A stretch of 63,200 nt of DNA, filler included, from Octopus bimaculoides (Eukaryota), in the NCBI RefSeq assembly GCF_001194135.2. It is 6 parts of 6 records of this genome, joined end to end, with 100 filler letters (N's around TTAATTAATTAA, not from the genome) between each part and the next. Parts side by side here need not be neighbours in the genome. Positions count along the whole stretch, not along the records: positions 13,068 to 42,970 come from NC_069000.1; 5 more parts are not named here. The stretch is one strand, 5' to 3'. The position numbers were made by a program, and so were the translations under genes. Position 1 is the first letter of the stretch; every line of letters starts with the position of its first letter. This document shows positions 27,653 to 38,419 of this stretch, one piece after another. Below the pieces are notes generated by a model. That model worked only from the letters and a program-made list of their open reading frames with translations. It was not told the origin of the DNA and did not search any database.

Positions 27653-27889
27653 ATATTTGAAGAAAAGCAACAAAAATGTATTAGGTTATAACAGTACGTA
27701 CGTTTCGTACAAACTTCATTTATTTATGTAGTGAGAACACCACATAAGATGTGCAATGAAAATGCAGCTGAAGAGTACATTTTCATTACACATCTTATGT
27801 GGTGTTCTCACTACATAAATAAATGAAGTTTGTACGAAACGTACGTACTGCTATAACCTAATGCATTTTTGTTGCTTTTCTTCAAATAT
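27653..27889. repeat. Near-perfect palindrome: 112-bp arms (27653-27764 and 27778-27889) with a 13-nt spacer
   Basis: The arms are reverse complements with 3 mismatches by eye. Spacer is CAGCTGAAGAGTA. Confidence 0.95.
27764..27851 (+). ncRNA. Minimal type I hammerhead ribozyme motif
   Basis: Stem I GCAG(27764-67)/CTGC(27848-51); core CTGAAGA(27768-74); stem II GTACA/TGTAC closed by G27775-C27835; GAAA(27836-39); palindromic stem III ACGTACGT(27839-46); GUA cleavage triplet, predicted cut after 27847. Confidence 0.75.
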
Positions 27890-28954
27890 ATATATATATA
27901 AATTAAAACAGTTGGGTAGAAAAATTGGATATTAATCAATATCAATTTAATACCAGGGAACAAGCATATTGAAAGAATCAAGGAGATTCAGAAAAAATAT
28001 CTGAGATCTCAAAGGATTATTGTATATGTATATATAAAGGAGACCACTAGGTGGACTGTTAATGTGCTAGAAGAAGATCACATGTATTGTGTCTACTAAG
28101 ACCGAATTGTTCTCAAAGAAATTTTAACAATATCTGTCAAAAAGGCAGACAAAACCCAATAAAGGTTCAAAACTATCTCGCGAAGCGCTATGACTTCGAA
28201 GTTCTGTGGTCGGTGTCCGCTTCACTTTAAAACCAATGGAAACGAGATACCGGCACTTAGCTTTCGCTAAACTGTTTATCTAGCAGAAGGTTAATCTCTA
28301 GAGAAGAATGGTAGGTAGCAACATATTTGTCCAGGTCAGTATTGAAATAGTCAATGAAGATATTTAGACGCGAATGAATAGTCACCTACAGTTATGTCTG
28401 TCTGTCTGTCTGTCTGTCTGTATGTGTGTGTGTATGTATGCATGTATGTGTGCGTGCATGCATATATGTGTGCATGTATGTATATCGGGTCGTCGGCGAC
28501 TAAACCAGTAACACTACCATCAAATGACAAATGAAATTAGTAGAGTCATCGGCTACTTAATGATAATGACCGGGAATAAGGGATCCCTAATTTTGTCACA
28601 GTATCTTTCTACACTCTGATGTAAAACCTACAGTTTGACGTGATTACTGGTCATTTCAATTCGACCCATCACCAGGCACCAATCACAGAGACTCAGAGAG
28701 TGGTATTGGTGTTGTACGAGCATTTATCACTATATTTCAGTGATGTACAGATGCCACTTTATGGTACCCTCATTTATCATTCCATGTCCTGAAAGTCCTA
28801 TGGTAATGGAAGCATGGCAACGTGTAGACTTGACAAGCGAGAAACGCACAATTATGGAGTTCTAATTGATCATGAGCAGATGGTTAGTAATGCCATTGAC
28901 AAGAAGGAAATGATAAAAGGAGCAGCAATCATTAGTGAAGATAGAGCAATCCCC

Positions 28955-30615
28955 ATGTATGTATGTCATTGTTCAGTTTTATTTTAAGATTTCTTGCCAA
29001 TAGAGAAAGAGTCGGTTTCTAACCTAGATCCAAGGCTCCTTCATTGGAATTTCAACATCAACAACAGTATTTTTGTATGTTTGTGTACATGCAGATTTGT
29101 ATGTTTTGCTTTACGCATGTTTTGCTTTACGTATGCATATATTAGCATATCTAGACATGCTCATATATACTTAAATGATAACTTCTGGAAAGTTTTACAG
29201 AATTTTACAGTTCCAGTGGTGCCTTGGATTTGTAGTCTTCGTATCAACTTTCTCCTTTCTGGTTTTGAGAAGCCTAATTTCTCAAGATTGGAATTTAGAC
29301 AGTGTGTTACATATTCCAGTGCCCCAATAATTACAGGCATAAACTTAAACTTGTAATCTGCAGCTTTCTCAATAGTTCAGCGTAGGTATTCTTTTTTTCA
29401 CTGATCTTCAGCCTTATGCTAACATCCGCCGGGCAGCTAATTTCTACAATTGTACACAGTTTCTCTTTATCCCAAATCATTATATCAGGTTTATTGTGCT
29501 TACATTTTATTGAGGTTTTCACTGGGACATTCCACCAGTACTCCTTTTTATTATGAGTGGTTATGGCTTCTACCATACTGTGGGTTCTTATTTTTTTATC
29601 CTCGGGATTATTCTTTCGACGGACCTCGTTATACACTGACCTAGCTACAACACCATATCTCATCGGTAGATCGTGATGACATTTTTGAACAACTGCTTAT
29701 GATGTGGATAATATCTCCGGTGTTAAATCCGCAAAGTCTACATCGGATGTTACATTTTACTGCTTTTACTGCACCTTTGTTTCTTTTGTGCATCAGGTAT
29801 TTGGTTGATATTCTTGTTCCTCGATTGCAACGCATACCCTTCAATATGGGAGATAATAAACCGGTTGTTGGTGCATGATAGACTGCTTTGATGATCAATG
29901 TTACTATCATCTCTGAGCTTTCTACTAACATATCTACACATGGTTTTCTGCCCATATATGCTCATCTTTTCATCTGATGATACGTTGCGGTTGAGTCGTG
30001 CGACTTACTTGGGCATGGAATGCTGCTCAAGGAGCTGCCTTCCAAGATGTTACCGAAAGGATGTGATACGGTATTCAAGGAATTTTAGATCGATGTTAAG
30101 CCTCTGCCGCCTTGTTTTCGTTTTAGGTAGAGACAGTCTGCGTTACTGTTAATGTGGAAATTATGTGTGCTTGTTAGTATTTTCCGGGTTTTCACAGCCC
30201 AAATGTTGGTATGAGTACTGGCATTGTAAACATTGTGGGCCGCTGTTTTATTGAATGCAGAGAGTTATGAGGTCCAAATTTCTTTTATTCGGCTGTAATA
30301 TTCTTAAATGACACGTATTTTGTTTCAGATAACGTTGTAAGATATGTTTTCATCTATCCCTAGATACCTGTAACATCCCTCATCAGATATAGAGGAAACA
30401 ATCAAGTTGTTAATGGAGATGCTGCTTGTCTGATGTAGTTTTCCCCCCTTTTCCCAACCATACAACAACATTTATTCTGACCAAACTCCAACCCTATCTC
30501 CTTTGAGAATGTTGTAACCAGATCAAGGCTCTTTTTCATCCTGTGCATATTCTTTACATAAAGTTTCAAGTCATCCACAAAGAAACAGTGTGTAATTTTG
30601 GTATTTCTGTTTCCT
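28955..30615 (-). mobile_element. R2-superfamily (R4/Dong-like) RLE non-LTR retrotransposon, copy 1, 5'-truncated
   Basis: RT motif THCFFVDDLKLY (FFVDD at 30570-30584), CCHC knuckle CRLCG..GDIIHIISSC, RLE motif KPDIMIWD..CTIVEISCPAD. The 3' end abuts CATA repeats. Confidence 0.85.
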
Positions 30616-31619
30616 ATGCATGTATGTCATAGTTCAGTTTGTTTCAAGATTTCTTACCAATAGAGAAAGAATGATAAATTTCTGGAAAGTTTTACAGTTC
30701 CAGTGATGGATTGGATCTGTAGTCCTCGAATTAGCTCTCTCCTTTCTGGTTTTGAGAAGGCCAATTTCTCAAGATTGATATTTATGCAGTGTGTTACATA
30801 TCGCAGGGCCCCAATAATTACAGGAATAAACCTGAACTTGTAATCTGGATAGAGTAACTGCAGATTTCTCAATAGTTCAAAATAGGTGTTCTCTTACTGG
30901 TCTTCAGCTTTATGTTAACATCTGCTGGGCAGCTAATTTCCACAACTGTGCACAGTTTCTCTTCTCTATCCCAAATAATTATATCAGGTCTGTTGTGCTT
31001 ACATTTTATTGATGTCTTCACTGGTACATTCCACCAGCATTCCTTTTTATTATCAATGGCTATGGATTTTACCATACTGTGGGTTCTTATTTCTTTGTTC
31101 TCAGGTTTATCCTTCCGACATATGTCATTATAGAGTCTCCTAGCTAGAACATCATGTCTCATCGGTAGATCGTGATGACATTTTCGGACAACTGCTTATG
31201 ATGTGTGTGATATCTTCAGTGTGAACTCCACAAAATCTGCATCGGCTGTCACATTTTATGGCTTTCCCCGCATCTCTATTCCTTTTGTGCATCAGGTACT
31301 TGGTTGATATTTCCTGTTCCTTGATTGCAAACATATACTCTTCAATGTGGGATGTTCTAATTCGACTATTGGTCCATGAAAAACTACTTTGATGTTCAGT
31401 GTTACTATCATCACGGAGCTTTCTACTAACATATCCATGCATAGTCTTCTGCTCATATAGGCGCATCCTTTCATCTGAATATACGTTGTGGTAGAGTCGT
31501 GTGACTTCTTTGGGCATGTATTCTAGGTTATCAGACAAAGAGTGTTGCTCAAGGATCTGCCTTCCAAATCTTATGATGTTATGGACCTCATGTATGAAAA
31601 TTCGGTCAAGGGATACACT
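30615..31619 (-). mobile_element. R4/Dong-like RLE retrotransposon, copy 2, head-to-tail with copy 1
   Basis: CRFCGVHTEDITHIISSC, MRHDVLAR, RPDIIIWD..VEISCPAD, FIPVIIGAL. CATA repeats occur at both junctions, including a long (TATG)n from 31619. Confidence 0.85.
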
Positions 31620-31674
31620 ATGTATGTATGTATGTATGTATGTATGTATGTATGTATGTATGTGTGTGTGTATG

Positions 31675-31706
<32 letters not shown>

Positions 31707-32471
31707 CATATATGCATGTATGTATGCATGTAGGTATGTGTGTGTATGTATGCGTGAAGGAACGTGGCTCACCGGTTAGGGTGTTGAGGTCACGGTCCAT
31801 ATTTCTGGACACGAGTGTGGAATCATGGTATGGATATAACAATTGCTTATTAAACATACACATACGCATACACACACATAAACACACGCACACACACACA
31901 TACAGAAACACACAGACACAAACAGACAGATCCCCCACATACACGCATATAAATTCACTTATATATAGAATTTCACTGTTACTAAAGAAATAACGAAAAC
32001 ATAAATAAAAAAGAACTATATACATAAATAGAAGCACTACTAAAAAATATGAGAAAAGTGACTGTGTCTGAGCGGTATTTTCATTAATTAAACACGGTTT
32101 AAATCGTTCCTCACCATATTTATGTATTTTAAAGTAATTGATTAGTAGATTAATCACGTAAACTTTATTTTTTATCACTGTTTCATTCCGTCTCTTTTTC
32201 TCTCTCTCTCACTCTATGCGTGCGTGCGTGCTTATATATGTATTCTGGTAAATCTTTCTCTTTCTCTCCCTGTATATATAATATATATATATGCATGTAT
32301 GTATGTATATTGTATACATATATTAAATATATGCTTTAGCATTTATATATAAATACAGGCTCATGCACAAACGGGTATAATATCTGTATGTCAGCTTGTA
32401 TGTCTATTTTGCTCTTTCTCTCACTCTCTTTCTCTGATACATAAACACTAACGCACTCACACACACACACA

Positions 32472-32518
<47 letters not shown>

Positions 32519-32699
32519 GCATATATGTGTGTATAGAATATATTTCTTGGTTGCTTTCCTGGAGTCGCTCATTTGGCATATTCCACTTAAACACGCGGTA
32601 GAAAATGTGTTGCCAAGCTTAAGCATAGAACATTATATTAGGAAAAAATAGACACTCAGAAGTCGCAAGAAACAAGAAGGAAGGTTAGTTGTTGAAGAA

Positions 32700-32797
32700 G
32701 GAGGAGGAGGAAGGGGAGGAAGGGGAAGAAGAAGAAGAAGAAGAAGAAGAAGAAGAAGAAGAAGAAGAAGAAGAAGAAGAAGAAGAAGAAGAAGAAA
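32700..32797. repeat. (GAG)/(GAA)n purine tract upstream of the Rh start codon
   Basis: Directly visible trinucleotide run. Confidence 0.95.
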
Positions 32798-32971
32798 TAA
32801 AGGAACAAACAAAAGAAAGCGAACTTACTTTAAATGAAGAAGTAATGAAAGGAAGAAAGACTATCAGGAATACTCGATGAAAAAACCCACAAAATAACAA
32901 AAAAGAAAATAGCCATACAATATCTATTTTGCTAAAGTATTTTTTTAAAAAAGAGAAAAGAAAAGAATAGG

Positions 32972-33089
32972 ATGGTGTGGTTTCGAGGAAAGTTAAGTTT
33001 GATTCTTTGTAGCTTGCAAGGTATCTTCATTGTGATCTTTGCATTGTATATGGAACACACAAATGTCGAAAGTGAATTTTCCTATGCAG
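32972..33089 (+). CDS. Rh: Rh-family (SLC42/Amt-Rh) ammonia channel, coding exon 1: MVWFRGKLSLILCSLQGIFIVIFALYMEHTNVESEFSYA+G
   Basis: ATG in aggATGG context with an upstream in-frame TAA (32933-35). The hydrophobic TM1 resembles Rh N-termini (R.KL..L...LQ..F.VIF). Phase-1 donor GCAG|GTAAGC at 33090 joins exon 2 as GTT-TTT-CAA-GAT (VFQD). Confidence 0.85.
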
Positions 33090-33452
33090 GTAAGCTGAAT
33101 GAACTATTCGCAATATGTACCTGTTAATTTATGACCTACCCCTATCTCGTTGATTTTTCTTCCCCAAAATACAAGGCCTCATATAACTTAGTCAACCTCT
33201 TCACATTAAGTCCTCTGGAAAGTCATGAACGCCACAACTTTCTATTCTGCTGCTGGTTTATGTCATTGGGCTGCGTCCATGCTGGGGAATAGCCTTCATT
33301 AATATGAATCCCACTATTTGTCAAAAGGCAATTTATCTTGTGGTATTGTGGTATTGACTCCTTTGGAGTCAATAACACAAGAAATTTAGACCGATATAGT
33401 CACACACATCTACAAACGTATGGATCTACCTCTCTCTCCCTCCCTCTCTTGG

Positions 33453-33490
<38 letters not shown>

Positions 33491-33970
33491 GTTGTCCCTA
33501 CTTTTGTTTCTTTTTTACTTTGTTTTCGCCCCCCTCGAAAAGAAAAACTATATTGTATTTGTCCCATCTGTGTTCAGCCCTGTGTGGCTAATAAAGAAAG
33601 TTATCTAACTATCTGTCTATCTATCTATCGATCGATCGATCTACCAACAGAGGGAGAGCTTCTGCCGACATATTTCAATCTGAAAGTATTGGTCAGGGTG
33701 AGATTAGAACATTCTCAAAGCTGTAGCACATTGGGATCGAACCCAAAATATCGTAATCAAAAAACGAGCTTCTTAGCCATGCAATTACCACTATCCCCAG
33801 TTTTTCATAAAATATCGGTCATTGCATCTTAGAAGAAATTAAAAAAAAAAACGAGGACAGTTATATCTTAATGTATTTTTACAATTAAATATCAATTATG
33901 AAATTGTCAGAAGAAAAACAAATATTAGAACTCAGACTAATTGTATGTTTTTTTTTTGTTTTCTTGACAG

Positions 33971-34163
33971 TTTTTCAAGATATCCAAGGACTGCTTTATT
34001 TGGGTATCGGCTTCTTGTTGACTTTTCTGAAGCGACATGCCTTCTCCGGGATCAGCTTTAACTTACTCGCAACTGCCCTAGGTGTCCAATGGGCCTGGAT
34101 TGTTCAAGGGTTCGTTGGTCCCGAAGGCGTAGTTAGTAACAAAATTAAGATGGATTACTCTAC
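33971..34163 (+). CDS. Rh: Rh-family ammonia channel, coding exon 2: FQDIQGLLYLGIGFLLTFLKRHAFSGISFNLLATALGVQWAWIVQGFVGPEGVVSNKIKMDYS
   Basis: Matches the Rh motif [28 protein letters not shown].L....G.QW. Acceptor ttcttgacag|, donor TAC|GTAAGT, phases 1 and 2 as in vertebrate Rh exon 2. Confidence 0.95.
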
Positions 34164-34435
34164 GTAAGTTATTTTTATATATATTCGAAGTTGAAAATCT
34201 ATCAAAGACTCTTTTTTGGCCTGGTATCCTCGGCAACACTTTGATTATGTACCCAGACAATGTCTTTGTTGGGGTCCATACTATATCCCCGCTAAATACC
34301 CAATTATTAACTTTGTTAAGTATATGACCAATATCCAGTAATATTTTCTTTAAATACTTCACATCTCTGAAACTAAAATATTTGTACCTTAATATAAGTA
34401 GATGACAATAAGTACATAGCTTTGTTTTTGTAATT

Positions 34436-34751
34436 GTTATTATTGCTGTAGTTGTTTTTAGATCCAGGTCAGCTTTTATCGAAGAGACCTATGACACTCA
34501 GGTTGTCGACCGAATACATTGTGCCTATAATAGAAAGAGTTATTTTTATTATAACTATTACATGCAGGCATATTGTCTTGAAGTTTGGTGACAACTTTAG
34601 GAAACTTTCTTAGGATTCTTGAGGAATACATAATCACATTTTTCTACAGGTCTTCAATCCGAGTCTCAGTTCTAATGTCCTTCAGTCTCTTAGGTAGCAG
34701 TTTGGTTGATGTGCCAACTGCATCAATTACCACAGGATTAATTGTTGCTTT
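34436..34751 (-). mobile_element. 3'-terminal fragment of a second RLE-type non-LTR element (Rh intron 2)
   Basis: Translates to INPVVIDAVGTSTKLLPKRLKDIRTETRIEDL*KNVIMYSSRIL, resembling the PVVIGALG...LQK....SARILR C-terminus, followed by a short 3' UTR and AAT-like tail. Confidence 0.6.
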
Positions 34752-36385
34752 CGTGGCGTGGTGGTGCTACCGAAAAAGGACCCGAACAAGGGGGACCAAA
34801 TAGATAATTTTAGGCCCATAACTCTGCTAAACGCAGATTATAAGATTTTGGCCAAGGTTTTAGCCAAGAGGTTGGCGCTTGTCATCGGTGAGCTGGTCGG
34901 TAATGCGCTCTTCCGAACAGATATATCCACAAAAACCTCCACATTACGCGCTACACCATAGAGAGGGTAGGGAAGGTACCTGGCATAGGTGGAGCTCTGA
35001 TCAATTTGGATCATTCAAAAGCATTTGACAGGGTCGACCATCAATACTTGGAGGCTATCCTCGCGGTGGCCGGCTTCGGTCTCATTTTCAGAAGCTAGAA
35101 CGCTGCAATGTATAGTGGCACCTGTTCGGTGGTCAAAGTAAACGGCCATCTATCTTAATCGTTTAGCATCACTCGCTCGGTCCATCAAGGATGCCCACTC
35201 TCTCCCTTGCTGTACGTTCTGGTTCTCGAGCCATTACTGAGGAATTTGGATATTTCAAAGGGCATCCCGCTTAACCTAGGATGCGGGAGGTTCATATAGG
35301 CTTATGCGGACGACGTCACCGTAATAGTGTCGGACAGCTCGGAAATCGAGGCGATCGGCTCTACCTTGAAGGAGTACGAAGCGGTAACCGGAGCAAAAAT
35401 TAATCAGGAAAAGTCGGTGGAACTGTAGCTCGGCACCTGGAGGGGCAGGTCCATGCCAACCGACAACGCTGGACAGAAGGACTGGTTAAATTGCTCGAGG
35501 TCTGCTTTGGTCCGGACTTCCAGGTGGACAAGAGCTGGGAGAAGGTAACGAGCAGAGTACCCAATCTCACCTAGAAATGGGCAGAGAGGAAGCTGTCCTT
35601 GAAAGGTCGGGTAGAGGTGGCGAATGCGTATATTGCTTTCGTCATCTATTATCGCCTGACCGTCGTCCCTTGCCTTGCTTCATGGCCAACCAAGCTGGTG
35701 CGCTTGCTTTTCACATTTTTGTGGAAGGGACGTGTTCTTCCCGCCAGACGGTCCATGTGCTGTCAACAGCCGCTGAATGGAGGACTGGGCATGCCATGAC
35801 TAATGATGCGCAGACTTGCGCTGAGGCTACATCTCCAGCATTTTCTTATCGGTGAACAGGTGTGGTTGTCGTATGTCAAGCAAGATTTCCGCAGCTCGTC
35901 TCATTGATGGAGCTACAGTCCTGGATCAGACGTAGACCAAGAAAGGGCGCCTAACACCTGGATTGTCAGCAAGCGCTCACAGCTTTCTGTCAGTCGGGCA
36001 ACGCGGTCGGTGGAAGTGCCACTATAGAGTCCTATAGGGGATTTAGTGACGGGCAAGAGAGACGACGTCCTTGGGAAAACTCTGGGATCAATTAATCGGA
36101 AGGGATAAATTAACTAGTATTTTCCGGAGGACTTTTGGGCCGGGGCCTATGGATAACTTCCAGAAATATCTTGCCTGGCAGTCGGGATAACCAGGTTGTG
36201 TGGGGTTCTGTGGTTGTCCCTGTGAGGAACTCCCTCACCTTTTGGGTGAATTTTTATTGTTTAATTGTTTTGTTATTCGCTTTTTGTTACTTATTCTATA
36301 CACGGCATTGTTCAACACCCCACTTGTCCCTTGTATTGTATTGTCGCTATTTGCTTTGTGTTCGGCCCTTGTAGCCAATAAAAGA

Positions 36386-36388
<3 letters not shown>
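34752..36388 (+). mobile_element. Tx1/L1-like LINE, copy 3 (RT to 3' end) in Rh intron 2
   Basis: DNFRPITLLNADYKILAKVLAKRL, KAFDRVDH, QGCPLSP, AYADDVT. AATAAA at 36377-82, then (TAT)n. Confidence 0.9.
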
Positions 36389-36446
<58 letters not shown>

Positions 36447-36500
36447 GTTGTTGTTGTTGTTGTAGTTGTTGTTGTTGTTATTATTATCTGTGATCCCTAG

Positions 36501-36651
36501 TTTAACAGACGGAGATTTTGCCGTGGCCAACGTCTTAATATCATACTGTGCCGTTTTTGGTAAAATTAGCCACATACAATTGGTTGTGATGACAATTGTG
36601 GAAATTCTAGTGGCCGAACTGAATGAATTCGTTGGAATACATATTTTAAAA
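36501..36651 (+). CDS. Rh: Rh-family ammonia channel, coding exon 3: (T)LTDGDFAVANVLISYCAVFGKISHIQLVVMTIVEILVAELNEFVGIHILK
   Basis: Matches LINADF....VLISFGAVLGK.S..QL..M......NE. Acceptor ccctag|, donor AAA|GTAGGT. The 151-nt length equals vertebrate Rh exon 3. Confidence 0.95.
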
Positions 36652-37959
36652 GTAGGTATTACTTTTTATTGCCAATTTCTTTTTTCCTTTCTTTTTTCTT
36701 AATTGTGTAGGTTTGGTTTTTGAGAAGTTCTGTAGGTTGTTACTATTGTTGTGCATATTCATCTGAATCATATGTAGTTTGTCTCATGATGTCCAGAACA
36801 TTGTAGGGTGGAGTGTCGTTCACCGTTCGAAAGATAATAGAAAAAAGAGAGAAGTATCACAATAGACTAATAGGTCGGGGCTTTCGTTAGATTTTTTATT
36901 TGTTGGTTTGAAGAAGAGCAATGTTCTTGTCTCCCTGCTTTCTTTCTTTGAGTGGGCCTCTATGTACTGGACATACTGGACAAATTTCCACCAAATAACA
37001 ATATTTTGATCTCTGAAAGAATGACGGAACAATCAGGTGATGTTCTGAAAATACATTTGTTAAACACAGCCAAAATCTCTTTGTCATAGTATTTTTTCTC
37101 GGTCAGAGTACAATGTGGGTAAACCATATCCTCCTTCTTCTCCTCCTCCTCCTTCTCCTCCTCCTCCTCCTCCTCCNNNNNNNNNNNNNNNNNNNNNNNN
37201 NNNNNNNNNNNNNNNNNNNNNNNNNNNNNNNNNNNNNNNNNNNNNNNNNNNNNNNNNNNNNNNNNNNNNNNNNNNNNNNNNNNNNNNNNNNNNNNNNNNN
37301 NNNNNNNNNNNNNNNNNNNNNNNNNNNNNNNNNNNNNNNNNNNNNNNNNNNNNNNNNNNNNNNNNNNNNNNNNNNNNNNNNNNNNNNNNNNNNNNNNNNN
37401 NNNNNNNNNNNNNNNNNNNNNNNNNNNNNNNNNNNNNNNNNNNNNNNNNNNNNNNNNNNNNNNNNNNNNNNNNNNNNNNNNNNNNNNNNNNNNNNNNNNN
37501 NNNNNNNNNNNNNNNNNNNNNNNNNNNNNNNNNNNNNNNNNNNNNNNNNNNNNNNNNNNNNNNNNNNNNNNNNNNNNNNNNNNNNNNNNNNNNNNNNNNN
37601 NNNNNNNNNNNNNNNNNNNNNNNNNNNNNNNNNNNNNNNNNNNNNNNNNNNNNNNNNNNNNNNNNNNNNNNNNNNNNNNNNNNNNNNNNNNNNNNNNNNN
37701 NNNNNNNNNNNNNNNNNNNNNNNNNNNNNNNNNNNNNNNNNNNNNNNNNNNNNNNNNNNNNNNNNNNNNNNNNNNNNNNNNNNNNNNNNNNNNNNNNNNN
37801 NNNNNNNNNNNNNNNNNNNNNNNNNNNNNNNNNNNNNNNNNNNNNNNNNNNNNNNNNNNNNNNNNNNNNNNNNNNNNNNNNNNNNNNNNNNNNNNNNNNN
37901 NNNNNNNNNNNNNNNNNNNNNNNNNNNNNCCTCCTCCTCCTCCTCCTCACCATCATCAC

Positions 37960-38012
<53 letters not shown>

Positions 38013-38419
38013 ACAACAAAAACAACAAGTTGATAATCGAAATAAGCATGTCTTGTTCACGGGATTCATTTTCCACTTTTGTATTTTGATTTGTGATATA
38101 AGACCAAGGAATTTGAGCTGTAACACAGGAATATTCGAAACTTGTTGGTGAACCAGATGTAATGTGTTTGTTGTAGTTTTTGTAGTTGTAGTTATTGTTG
38201 TTGTCGGAGCTGTTCTGAACAAATACGTATTCTATATGACAGTGAATGTATTGGGATCCGAAAACATAGACAATTTGAAAGATGGTCAAACTATGAAAGA
38301 AGTGTCATTTAGTTTGTCTTCCAAATTTTTCTTGCTTTATTTTTATAATATAAAATGCAGAACAAAAATATCCTATATAAATGATGTTTGTATTTGAATG
38401 ATTTAGTCTGGAGAAAGTC

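Noticed and set aside
33978-33979. Alternative in-frame AAG acceptor 9 nt into exon 2
   Set aside because: It would remove the conserved FQ of FQD, and the upstream CAG has the better consensus.
36656-36657. Alternative donor GTAG|GTATT after exon 3
   Set aside because: It shifts the frame by 4 nt, while the 151-nt exon keeps the frame and matches Rh architecture.
36790-37090. Possible RTE-type RT fragment (FTVRKIIEK)
   Set aside because: Only one short motif is present and the element cannot be delimited.
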